From contig CM119374.1 of NCBI GenBank assembly GCA_051294905.1, positions 22,382,001-22,446,000 on the forward strand: a stretch of 64,000 nucleotides of DNA, written 5' to 3'. The notes under the pieces were generated by a model. The model did no database searches. It had not been told where the DNA came from and saw only the letters and a program-made list of their open reading frames with translations. Source of the stretch: Botryllus schlosseri (Eukaryota). The translations under genes were made by a program, and so were the position numbers. This document shows, one piece after another, positions 12,150-24,239 of this stretch; positions within the stretch are counted from its first letter, which is position 1, and each line of letters begins with the position of its first letter.

Positions 12150-12365
12150 CTCAAGATTGGTGCGGAGCAATCAAAGGCCATAATCTCCGCAGTTGGCGAA
12201 CATTTGTCGGGTGATCTCGCTTTTGAGAATAATTATCGAGACGACAGATTTTGTGTCGTTGGGAGGGGCCGTTCACACTTTCATTTGTGTGCCTTGGAGT
12301 CGTTTTATCAAAATACACCAGCCAAAAGGCTGTGTTAACAAAAAGAGTTCGTGTACCATCTAAGA
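12150..12365 (+). mobile_element. Penelope-like GIY-YIG C-terminal fragment
   Basis: Reads SAVGEHLSGDLAFENNYRDDRFCVVGRGRSHFHLCALES...LC*QKEFVYHL, homologous to the end of the 7800-8610 element. Confidence 0.7.
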
Positions 12366-14127
12366 ATAGTTCATTGAACGCTCTCGTATTCTAATTTCAT
12401 GCTGCTGACCTCATATTTTGTGATACGATTGTTGATGTACGATGTTCAATTGATATGGTTGCATTTATAACGTGTTTTAAACAGTGTTTTAAACGAAGGT
12501 CTTTTTTTAAGTGTTTTTTCAAGTTGTAAAATTATGTCATAATTGTGTAAATGCTTTCAAAAAACATGTTGTATGATCCAAAGGACAATTACGATATTGC
12601 CGACGTATATGAATATGGGATGGTTACAACCTAAAAATAGTCGGCCCAACAGCAATATAGTACAGATATTTCGTCGAAGGAGTTACATCCACTATGACGG
12701 CACAATTGAATATTCGTGGCGTAATGACAATAAAAAACATTTTTTAAACAAGGGCCTTGTCTTAAACACGTTTGTTTTAAATTGATTACTGTTTTAAATG
12801 CAGCCCTACGTATTTAATACTCTACTAGTTGCTGACGATTCCCCCTGTCGAGTGTCCGCCGAAACTATTCGGGTTCACTTCAATATGAATATACTATTCA
12901 ATTATAGATGGAATTTCAGTACCTCCGAGAAGCTGTTCAAAACTTACTTAATGTACAAAGGGCTCTCACTCTCGAAACTGGTGTAGTGCCTCACTCTCCG
13001 CTCTACCTTGCGGGATACAATACTTAGTTCGGAACATTTGTTGGAAAACCCAGGCTAGCATGATGGAAGTGTTTTAGCGGGAAATTTCGTGACAACAATG
13101 TTGCAAGTATTGTGGGAGCTCATTTCGCGCAGAGCGCGACTTAATATTGAAAGATTTGACAGATTTTGTCGAATGTTAATTTGCAATGTGAACTCAGGGA
13201 TACAGAGAACCATTATTCTACGATATAATCATATGCTCCTACTACATCATCTACTGCTGGCGAGATAGCGTAGTAGTATAATCCACAGCTACAGCACCAA
13301 TGAATTGTGGTTTCGAGTACGACTCCAAATTTCCTACTTGAGTGCTAATCGTGCTGCAAGTCGGCAGTTAAGGAATCAAAAAGAAGGAATATCGGCCTGC
13401 TGTATATTACCATCGTAGTCGACAGACACTATGAATAGGCCTACCACAAACAGCAACAATATCATCTATTGCGATGCCATTTCTCTTCAGTGCAGGAGGC
13501 AACAGGCAAAAAAACAATTTCAATTACTATACTTTTATCAAAATTGCAGAATAAAACACGGGATATTGAAAATCATTAACATGGATCCGGGCTAGTTTCT
13601 ACAAGCAGGTTCAAGAATGTAAAATCTAGCAATCATATACAGAGTACAGAGTTATTTACGAACATTTGTACTTACACGATCGTGGTTACCGGAAGTTAAA
13701 GGATCCGGGGTCACTATCCATATTTTTTCATCATATTTTCGAACGGTGTTATTACAATTTGATGATAATGCATTTTGGAAATCTACTTTATACCTCAGCA
13801 TCGTACGGTGTAGTTAGTGTTCACAGTGAACTTTTCATTGAAGCTCGTTTTCAAACCAAACGTTCCCTTCCGGTCGTTTGCACCGTCCGGAACGTGCTGC
13901 ATTCTACTTTACAGATACTTGTAAATCGAGCGATCTCAATAACCGGACTTTCTGTGAAAATCCAATGTTGATGGGCTAACATATCCAAACAGTAATCACC
14001 GCACGCTTGACTCGATGATGTGTTCTTTATGGGCCTCATCGTTTTGAGAGAGTACAAACAAATGAAGAATTGGATATGCCATGAAAATTTAGTATATGCA
14101 CTTTGTAGTTTTATGACTTCATGTGGG

Positions 14128-14400
14128 CTTTTACACTGTTACACTTTTACACTTTTACACTTGCTGTACCGGTGTCCAGGCGTGCCTATAGAGCTGAACA
14201 GATATCAGTTGATACTGATGCTCAGGTGAGCTCGGGGGATTCGCAGTTTATATTTTTAGCATCCCTGCGATCAAGATCACAGATGAGTTTCAGTAACTTC
14301 CCTGTCCTGGACATAGATCTTGGATTGTTAGAGATCCTACTGTCCTCGCCACGAGACAATCCAAGGTCCTGAGTCTTGTCGTTTCTCGTTTGCATCCGAG
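14128..14400 (-). mobile_element. Probable 5'-truncated non-LTR retrotransposon 3' end
   Basis: GC-richer block with a short minus-strand frame (DLGLSRGEDSRISNNPRSMSRTGKLLKLICDLDRRD) followed by an (AAAAGTGT)n tail. No TSD seen and the clade is not identified. Confidence 0.35.
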
Positions 14401-14515
14401 AGTTATAAAGTGCAACGGTTTTCGAGTATATGTAGTAATCGGAGATTTACAGCACAAACCAACTTGGCTTACGTTTTGGCCTCCGTTCCCATCAGACTGG
14501 GACACGGCACATGAC

Positions 14516-15015
14516 TAGGGCTGGACACAATGATTCGGGTACTCGAATCTGATTCGAGTATTAATTGTGACGATTCGAGTCGAGCAGTAAAACACGATTT
14601 TTCGAGTACAGAAATTATGCACTCCTCGGCACTGGAAGTTATAATTTATCAACGAAAATAATAATCTCGACAGTAATTTTGACTGTTGAAGCCTTAAAAC
14701 CTTGATTGACCGTATCGTGGCATACGAAACATATAGTACAAAGCTACGAACTTTACTGGAACTAGCACATTTCCGAAGTCATGGTCATTCCCAAACACTG
14801 TAACCAAGTGCAGTAAAATCGCTACGGTCGAAAACTTACAAAGGTATCTTTAATGTGATGGTTAAATAGGCATTATATTATCTGGGGTGGCATTAAAGGT
14901 AAATGTTTGAGCTTTTACATATTACGTTATGGTATGACGTCATATTGACGATACTCGATTACTCGACCCGACTTGAAGCATATTACGTGATTCAGAATCG
15001 AATCACCCAGCCCTA
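14516..15015. mobile_element. hAT-type MITE (500 bp)
   Basis: TIRs tagggctgg / ccagcccta and a perfect 8-bp TSD cacatgac. Confidence 0.9.
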
Positions 15016-15162
15016 CACATGACCTCAGTCACCACATTCCCGGTAAGGGAGACCAAAGTATCATTGAATATAGGTGACTGGCGGTAAGAGCCTTGATTAT
15101 TATATTTTCAAGACTAAATTCATTCCAGCATAATTTATAAAATTGAATGGCTGTTCTACCGG

Positions 15163-16034
15163 CAATGTTGGGATCAAGTCACTACCTTCGAGTCACGAGT
15201 CATTTCGAGTCATTGCACATTTTGACTCAAGTCAAGTCAGTCAATCGGTTTTCAAAGTTGACTCGAGTCAAGTCAAGTCACTCGATTTTTGGAGGTGACT
15301 CGAGTCAAGTCGAGTCAAGTCAAGTCAAGTCACGAGTCAAGTCAAAATTCAAGTCAAGTTGCTATTTCGTAGTATGGGGCATGATTACGTCATTACATTT
15401 TGCTAGCTGTCTGAAATACAGGTTGATTGGTCATTGATTTTGCACCGATGAACGAATATAGAGTTGAATATACACTCAAGAAGGCGCTGGATCGCGAATT
15501 GATAAGATGAATTGATAAGATGCAATGCATTACCCTTTACCCATTTACATGTTGATATGAGGCAATTCGAGCCTGCGCCAATGGTTGAGGAGTATATAAA
15601 CTATATTCGAATTCAAAATCAATAAAAGAAGAGGTTTGGTTTCTATTGTATTACTTTACTACTAGTTTACTATAACGTAGGCTGTAAGCTTCGATCACTT
15701 CGTTGGTGGTCAATTTATTTGAGAGAGAACAATGGAGGCCCCGTAAAATGTAAGATCATTGAATGATTGGTCGCTCTCACGGGTTACACCAGCGTTTCGC
15801 GAACAATCTGAACATATGCAAGATAGGGTGATTTTTATCGACACCAATTAATTGATGACTTGAAATTGACTTGTGAATTTTGCTCCGAGTCAAGAGTCAA
15901 CCCACCTTTCCGAATCACCGAGTCAAGTCAAGTCAAGTCATCTTGGCAAAGTGACTCGAGTCAAGTCAAGTCATCGAGAAAGGTGACTCGAGTCTGACTC
16001 GAATCAAGTCATGACTCGAGTCATCCCAACACTG
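15163..16034. mobile_element. hAT-type MITE with gactcgagtc/gacttgac subterminal repeats
   Basis: TIRs caatgttgggat / atcccaacactg and TSD tctaccgg / gctaccgg. The paralogous site at ~29965 is empty. A second copy lies inverted at 27667-28628. Confidence 0.92.
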
Positions 16035-16103
16035 GCTACCGGTACAGATGACTTCGTTTACGGCAGTAGTTCCTAACTGCTTGCGGTGTCTGAGCATTTA
16101 GAG

Positions 16104-17753
16104 CAGTGGTTCTTAACCTTTTTTCCTCCAGCGCCCCCTTTCAAAAATTATCGTTCTCCAGCGCCCCCCAACCTCATATTGTAAGGAATGTAATAAAGAC
16201 AATGAGTTAGAGGGAAGGCCGTAACAGCAATTCGTCAACCCCCCTAAAAAGGATTGCCTTGCGCACCCATAGCGTGATAAACCAAACTTCTGGAGGCTTT
16301 GCCTCCAAAAAACCCGCAGCGTGATTTCGATGGTCAGCAAAGTTTGTGTGGCCTGGTCGCCCTAGGTTTAAAAATTTTCTATAATGCATGAATGAATAGG
16401 TGGTAATTACATATATAAGTCGCTATAAACTTTTTATCCTCTCAGCCCACATAATCAGATTTACCAGTAGCGCTGAGTGAGCTGTTGAATGGGAAAATAA
16501 AGGGCACGTAATTAATAATTAAACATATTTGGGCGTGCCCGTAGGTACAATTAATTCGTTACCAGGTCCGTAACAGCACTTCGTCAGCCCCCACCCTCCT
16601 AAAAAAACCGTTGGTCTTGCCCCCCCCCCCATCGGGTGATAAACCAAAGTTCCGGGGGGCTTCGCCCCCAGACCCCCTTCGGCTATCCGCTATTTGCTGA
16701 AACTAGTCATCTACATTGGGTGTCCATTTAATGAGGCAGCTATTCTCGCCTAGACGCGCGTGGCGCGAAAAGAATCACTAATTAATGATTGAATTGGTCG
16801 ATATGATCGGGAAATGCATGTATCTTGAGATCAATTTTTATCCTCTCTCTGCTCGCGTAAACAGATTTACCGGTAAAGCTGAGTGATGTGTGATTGAAAA
16901 GGTAGGACCCCTCAATAATTATTATACATCTTCGGGCGTATACGCGTTGGCAGGAACGAAACGGCACTTCGTCAGGCTCCCCGAAAAAAATTGGGTCTTG
17001 GGATCCCATAGGGTGATAAAGCGACCGCCCCCCATCACGTCGTTCGCTTTTGCCAGGAATCAGCTGTACTGTTTAGCGAGCCAGTGCGAAGCGCGAAAAC
17101 TTTCGATATTTCATAATAAAATCGGTCAGTAAGATCGGGAATTCCATATATATTGCTATCAATTTCTTGTCCTCTCTGCTCACGTTACCAGATTTACCGG
17201 TAGAGCTGAGTGAGGTGCAATGTTCCCTCTAAGCTGCGCCCGTGCGCAGTGCTTACACGGTCTCTGCGCACAGAAAATCTACGTTGCGCACAACAAATCC
17301 GAAGTTATGACCTTTTTTTAGTCGTTACGCACTGTTGTCCAAGGGTCAGCGCAGTGAGTTGTTGTCGTACTAAACTAAAAGACGCACACGATTTCAGAGT
17401 GGTATTTCTTGACTTGCATATAATTTTTCCCTGCTAGATCGTATTCGTCTTCTGGGGTTCAGATTGCCAAGACAGGAACATTCGGTGCCAGTCATTTAGG
17501 CGCCCATGGACAATTAAACCTATATGTCTTTTGTAGGCTACATATAACGAAGTTTTCGGTGTTAATTTACTCTGAATACTCATTAGGGATATGTCCTACC
17601 ACCACATCATCTACTGCGAAGCCATTTTTCTCCAGCGCCCCCCATACCGACCCCTGAGCCCAGCGCCCCCCATACCGACCCCTGAGCGTTTCCTCCCCCT
17701 TAAAAATTGCCAGCGCCCCTTGGGGGCGCTGGAGGCAAGGTTAAGAACCACTG
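16104..17753. mobile_element. Buster/Charlie-like non-autonomous hAT element (1650 bp)
   Basis: TIR CAGTGGTTCTTAACC and a perfect TSD atttagag. Collinear with 24240-26068. Confidence 0.92.
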
Positions 17754-18069
17754 ATTTAGAGCCATATGAACATACTAAAGTAATTATAAAATTAATATAT
17801 TCTGTTAATAAATTGATGGATTAATTCAGCTACCATGCATTTCTTCGACTGCTTTAAGTGATCAACGTTATGATTTGCCTCTGGGCCACCGCGAGATCGG
17901 AAAAGCGGGCCCAGAATAACCTACCGACGGGGCAGTCAGTCAGACACGTTCTATCTGATACCATTCGTGTTGGGATGGTGTGGTTTAACGGAGTGTGTGC
18001 CTTGTTCCACCGCACACCGTACTAGTCACTTTCATATATACAGAACCACTTGTAGAAGACCACTTTATG

Positions 18070-18720
18070 CAGGACCGTAACTGCCGCACCACAAACCCCC
18101 CAATTGGGGGGCGCGGGCTCGAATGGGGCCCAAAATTATATCGTGAATTAGAATAAATTATATAGTATTTCTTGAACATTTATGCAACTTTTTCAAAAAA
18201 TTTCCAGCTGCCAAGTGTCTTGATTATTTGGTACTCTTCCCCAAGAAAAAACACGCAAGATTTATAAAAATGAAGGTATCGGCGTTGGCCTTTACCGCGC
18301 CAAGACGCACCAAAACATATAATGATTTAGGACATATTACATGCAACTCAAAGAAGTGTGCCCGAACGATCGGCAGCGCGAAAACCTTGGCCGAAAAGGA
18401 CTGCCCTTACGCTGACCGAAAATTTCGTTATATACAAAATACATATGGGTTTTATTGTCTATAGGTGCATAAATGACTGGCGCTGAGTGTTCCTGTCGTG
18501 GCAATCTGAACCTCAGAAGACAAATGCCATCCCGCAGGGAAAAATTATATGCCAGTGAAGAAAATGATGACGTGAGCAGAGAGGACAAGAAATTAATAGC
18601 AATATATATGCAATTCCCCATCTTATTGACCGATTGTATTATGAATTATCGCTTTATCACCCTATGGGGCCCCAAGGCCAACGTTTTGGAGGGGCCTGGC
18701 AGAGCGCTGTTACGGCCCTG
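18070..18720. mobile_element. hAT-type MITE (caggaccgtaac / gttacggccctg family)
   Basis: Matching TIRs and a TSD actttatg / aacttatg (6 of 8). Related pieces occur at ~26390, ~28740 and ~38380. Confidence 0.7.
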
Positions 18721-19996
18721 AACTTATGTATAGGTCAGCACCCAGCACTGAGCACCCACGGTCCATCAAACATACCAGCTAGGTTCAAGCTAATAGAGAT
18801 ACTATGTAGCCTATACCCACGTTGTTCACTCTGTAGAAAATTGTCAATTTACTAGCCAAAGGAGACGAGACGCATATGACTATTGTAGACAAATCCTAGT
18901 ATAGACAAACCTCCAACACTAAGGTTGCAAGTATAGCCTACGTAGTCGACATCTATCGGAATCGAACCAGCAGTTGCAGTGATGAAGTCTGTCAAGACTA
19001 GGGTATACTTTCAAATAGCAGATCTCGTAATTGTATCGGAGACTTATAGCAGGTAATAGGAGGTAGCAGTTGTAACAGGAGGTGCAGGGTGAATCACCTT
19101 CCCAACCAGTACACAATGACCCAAGACACGCTGAATAAGTGTAATCTACAATAAAAATGCTATGATAATTTCACTCTTAAAAGTAATGAAAGCATATACC
19201 AAAGCAGTTTTCTACTTTACAAAATCTAAAATAAGAAGTAACAGGATTTTCCGAAATTAAGTCGAATACACCAATTCTTATGGAGATCTGTACAAAGGCT
19301 GATTCGTAGTCAGGCGCGATGGGATCCGGCCATTACAGAGCTGTGAAGCAGCGTAGATATTTCTTAAAGAGAGTTGTCGGCTTGAATTTTTGCCAAAGGG
19401 GTCGTCCATTGACCGTGAACGAGACCAAAACATTATCGAACAAGTGGCTTATAACATGATAGAGTGCAAATCAAGATCATGATGGATAACATAATTTATA
19501 AACAGTAAAACAGTGTTTCTCAAACTGAGGGGCAACTCATTCGAGGGGCGTGAAAGTATCTGAAGGGGGCACGAAGTCGCAGTTAACTGAAAATGTTTTC
19601 GCGCTCCACGATTTACCTGCACTTCGTGGTGTTGGAGCTGTCTATTTAGTATTTGAGAATTCGCTCATCAATAGCCATAACCTAAAATGCTACCAAAATA
19701 TTTGTTGAGATGGCTAGCACATTGATTTATCTCTTCAATATTTCGTGATATGACGATGAAGGGGCGTGAAATGTTTCACCATCAAAACGGGTGACATGCT
19801 CATAAAAGTTTGTGAACCACATCATTAGGATATCGAGGGAATAAATGTTCGATCAAGTACCAACGGTTTGGCGCCAGATGAGAAGGACACAATCCTCGGT
19901 CAGATATCAGCAAAGCTATACAAGTGACTGCATGGTGCTTTCACGGTGGAAAGGTTATAAATCGCGTTTAATAATATCTGCGACTCGCATTCAAAG

Positions 19997-20965
19997 TCAT
20001 CTTGATGCCTGCGCAGGGTTTGCTCTTACTATGTATCTAGTCAAGCTGCTCATGACGGATTGATATAGGTTTGCAGTGTTCCCTATAATAGCAAATGAAC
20101 CGAGCACGGATCTGTGTCGGTCGCGTAGCTCCGCTGCGCTAATCACAGTAGGTGAATGGGGCCGTCTTGTATTCGATGCTTTTGGCGGCCGCGGTTGGTC
20201 GTTCATTGAATGCGCATTGTCATTATGAGTTATATCTCCGACCGAATTGACTGTGGTACTGAGTCGTTCGTTGTCTGTGTGAGTGCGGCTGTTTCAACCC
20301 CAAGCCGTCACTATACGGCTTAGGCGAGGGGATTTGGGGGTTAGTTGTGTTGTTCAAACATCCCATGTCAACAGCAGTCTTCCGGCGCTGATCCTGCGTG
20401 TTACTAGAGACCTTCGCAACACCTCAGTTCACTATCCACCGTCCAAACATCTCCCGGAACATCTCAAGTGCAGCCTTCCGAAATTCCTGCACCCGCCAAT
20501 TGTAGATGAAGATATTCCATAAACTGTTACTTGTTAACAAGATCACCACCAAGTATTCACTTGTAGTGAACGCTGCCAAGCTGTTTATACTTAGCGTCCG
20601 CGGTCGTTGCTAATTAGTGACAGAAGACGTAACCCTCACGACATTAGTACAAAGCACCGGCACCACCAATACCGAAAATGCCACTACCATCATCGCTAAC
20701 GTGCCGACAACTGCCTTCTCCAAATCCCGCCGTGAAGAAGACGGAGATGTAACTAACTTTTTCCGCGTGATCGTATGTTTCCGACACGCGTAATAGGTCA
20801 TCCCGGTAAGGACCCACATCATCACAAGCGGATGAAGAGACCTCCCGGCATTGCCGATGCTGTGTCTCCTCCAGGGAATATAAAATTAGAGCTCGTGACT
20901 ATATACGGGACTCCAGGGGTGAAAACGGGGAGTAGACATATCACTATGCACAAGAACCGTAAAGG
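19997..20965 (-). pseudogene. Orphan GPCR copy 3, remnant of the 7TM exon (TM4 to C-terminus only)
   Basis: Aligns to ~5370-6140. It has a premature TAG at 20610-20612 where copy 2 has TGG. Homology stops at ~20965, so the acceptor and TM1-TM3 are missing. Confidence 0.85.
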
Positions 20966-21071
20966 AGTGATTTAAAAATATGCTATAAACTATGTCTATA
21001 GTATGGTTCTATTCTCTTAGATTTGCATAACAAAGAGTTATTATTAGGATGGGTTAGCTGCATCTCACTGT

Positions 21072-21418
21072 GTTATGTATGACACAATGGCTTGCAAGCA
21101 AGAATTTCAACTATACCCCTGCCAAAGACGACCGTGTCCGAACAATATGTAAATAGATCACTTTAGTAATTCTGTCGTTTGAATATCAGATATAGTTCCC
21201 CATTTCACGAACGCCGAGGCGAGACGGCCGAATAAGGTGACCCAGTGAAAATATGAATTTCGGCCGTCTCGCCTCGGCGTCCGTGAAATGGGGAACTATC
21301 TGATATTCAAAACGACAGAATTACTAAAGTGATCTATTTACATATTGTTCGGGCACGGTCGTCTTTGGCAGGGGTATAGTTGAAATTCTTGCTTGGAAGC
21401 CATTGTGTCATACATAAC
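21072..21418. repeat. Near-perfect palindrome (~160-bp arms), MITE-like
   Basis: gttatgtatgacacaatgg...cggccgaa is mirrored after a ~25-bp spacer. Confidence 0.9.
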
Positions 21419-22301
21419 GGTTCCATACTATTACCGAGAATGCTATTACCGAGATGGACATTATCGAGAATGCTATTACCGAGAATGGACATTACCGAGA
21501 ACGGACACTTTTTGACAATTTTTTGACTTACAATACTCGAGTAAAATCCGGAAAATGGGTGAATTTACCACGAAATTGTGGTTGGTCGACTAAGAAAAAA
21601 TGGTCAACTTTCAGGCTCAAATCCCGAAATACAGATTTTATTCTAGATTGTCCGTGGATGGCTAGAAATGAAAGTTCTTCGCTTACGTTCGAACCACGAT
21701 TTCCTGTTTAGCATCATTTATGTCCATTATCACTCGAAACTATCCACCATCTTATCTCTAAAAGCTATAAAATAGGACGAATTGCCAAAAATGAGGACAT
21801 TTAGGCGTCCTCGGAGGACATTCTCAAAAACCTAAAAGGAGGACAATATGAGGGTGGGCGGCGCTAGAGCACGATGATTTTTGAAAGGGTGCGCTGTAGG
21901 AAAAAAGGTTAAGAACCACTGGCTTAGCGCGTGAACTCGGAATCTCACATTCGCTTACAAGCCCTCGTCGAAATTGTTGGCAAAGAGACGGAAGATATTG
22001 ATGTTATGGAAGTATTATAGTATTTGACTGTTTCTGTCAGCATGTAGGCCCTACTTCAACATAGGTCTGAGTCGTCAGAAATGTAGAGTGGAAATTTGCA
22101 ATATGACGTAACATGACGTCATATGTCTTTCACGGGCTCGCACCATCTCTGGCGATTACCTTGATGAACTTTGGGAAAAAACGAAAAGTAATATTCATAC
22201 TTATATACATTGTCGTAGTAGGAACTAGTCATGTTGCTAAACACTAATAGCTAAACACGGCATACGTGGTGGATGCATTCGAGTAAAATCTCTATGCTCA
22301 C

Positions 22302-23170
22302 CACGACGGCATCCCGGTCCATGGCGACACTCCACGGGATTGCGCTGTGTGGAACTCATATCCGTGCCACTGTAAACCGCAAAATGGTGCCTGCTGCTCG
22401 ATAATCTCGTGGAACTGTCCCACTCCGCCGTCGCTTCGGTCGAATAAGGCGGCTTGTCCGCATGATTTCACCAAGTCCTCAAATTCCATCGCGCTCGAGT
22501 CTAGCTTCTCAATCAAATCCTTCCAATTCATCACACCCGGAGAGAGAGACGCGTTCACAAATAGATATCCCTAGCAACTTGCAGAATGTCGGCGTGACAT
22601 GCCGTTTCAACTTTACTTCTGTTGCAAAACAGATCGTACATACGCCTGGTGTAATCGCTGAAAGCCCAAGTCGGGCATTTGCATTCATCATCAAATTCCT
22701 TGCATCGCCATCTCTGCATGCGTTCCAACATGACAACTAGATAACGTGCTGCGTTGATCCAAACGTTTGCGTAACTCTTGTAAAGGCGTCGACAGCACAT
22801 TTCTTTGTATTCAATACTCGGCATTGGAAAGTCAGTGCAAACTTTTCTGTCGTTAACAGTCGTTGGTATATGTGGATCTGTTGTCTGTTCTTTGGTCGAC
22901 CCATTTGTCAAATTCTTTGAGTTCAAACTCTGCTTGGTTGGGATGGATTGCAGTTGTGATTTTGGCATGGTTACCTGCTAACGTCACTATTAACTGATTT
23001 ATGTCTTGCGTTGGCTTTGGTCGGGACACATTTCTAGTGTTAATATTCGATTTACAAACATTGATGTGTGAAAGTAAAATCAGAGTGAGCAAAATGATCT
23101 GGTGAAGCCTTGACATCGACCTTCCGTGTTTTCTTATGTCTTCTTCCTCCGCGTCCCTGTGTCGGATCAT
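22302..23170 (-). pseudogene. Orphan GPCR copy 3, ectodomain exon with two frameshifts
   Basis: The three track ORFs (22853-23170, 22555-22968, 22298-22558) tile the copy 2 exon 1 protein. There is a +1 base at ggg 22940-22942 and a -1 base at ~22569. The donor TG|GTGAGC is kept at 22301. Confidence 0.88.
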
Positions 23171-24239
23171 GCTGTATATATTATAGCGTTGCGGTATTAA
23201 ATATTAATTTATAGCTCTGCAACGCAACAGAAAAGTAATAAAATTGAAGACACATTTACAGCAAGGAGCGTAAAAGCCATCATGGTATTTTCTAAAGGGG
23301 AAGTGCTGGGCCACGACTGGAAACGAGGTTAAGAACTACGGCTACATTTGGTCATTCATTATGCCATTCAAAGCATCAAGAATGCCGATATTTGCAGGAA
23401 TATGATAACATTCTGCATTGGTTATTGAGCCTATAATTTAAAGATTCGTTTTCTTAAGATTATGAAAGACGTATTGTAATTTCTTACAAAAAAGACGGTA
23501 GAACTTCAGTAATTCACCACGAATATATTCAATACACTTATTCAATACCAAGGCTTTCCAATCTGTTTCAGTAATCTCCCTTCCAATTGGCGATTACCAA
23601 CTTTCGTGTGATTCAATAAAATCTTGTGTTATGTAGCATCATAAAAGAGAGTTGCATAAAGTCGAAAATCTTGTAGCGATGATTCATTGCACTTAAAACT
23701 GTCAAGACACATAGTGTATGTATGTTGGAAGATGCGTATTATGTAAAAAAAAAAAAGCGTGCAGATAATTAATTATATGTATCATACCATAATCCTAAGT
23801 CCTGATGAATACTGACACGATAGTGTCGCTACATGTTAGAGCCGACCATCCATTCGAGCTGTAAACGAATTTGCAGCTTGAGAATAGGATAGGAACGACT
23901 GCTTTAAAGTTGCGTGGGTCAAACTCGCTTCCGATCATATATCGTCTCTGGTATAAGACTTGCAATGACTTTAAAGCGAATCTGACAGCAAAAAACTTTG
24001 TGGTTCCTGTGAGATGAAACTTGAATCGTCACTACTGCATGAGAAAAAGAGAAGTAGAAAAAGAGAGAGGTGGGTGAGACTTTTACTTTTTTATTCAGCC
24101 GAAATACACTACCGGCAAACAGCAACGATAATAATACAGAAAAACACACAACCCACTACCCGGTATTGGATATAGGAATGATTGTTGTGGAATTATGAGA
24201 TAACTATAATCAATTCACACCCGCATCAAACAACTACAT

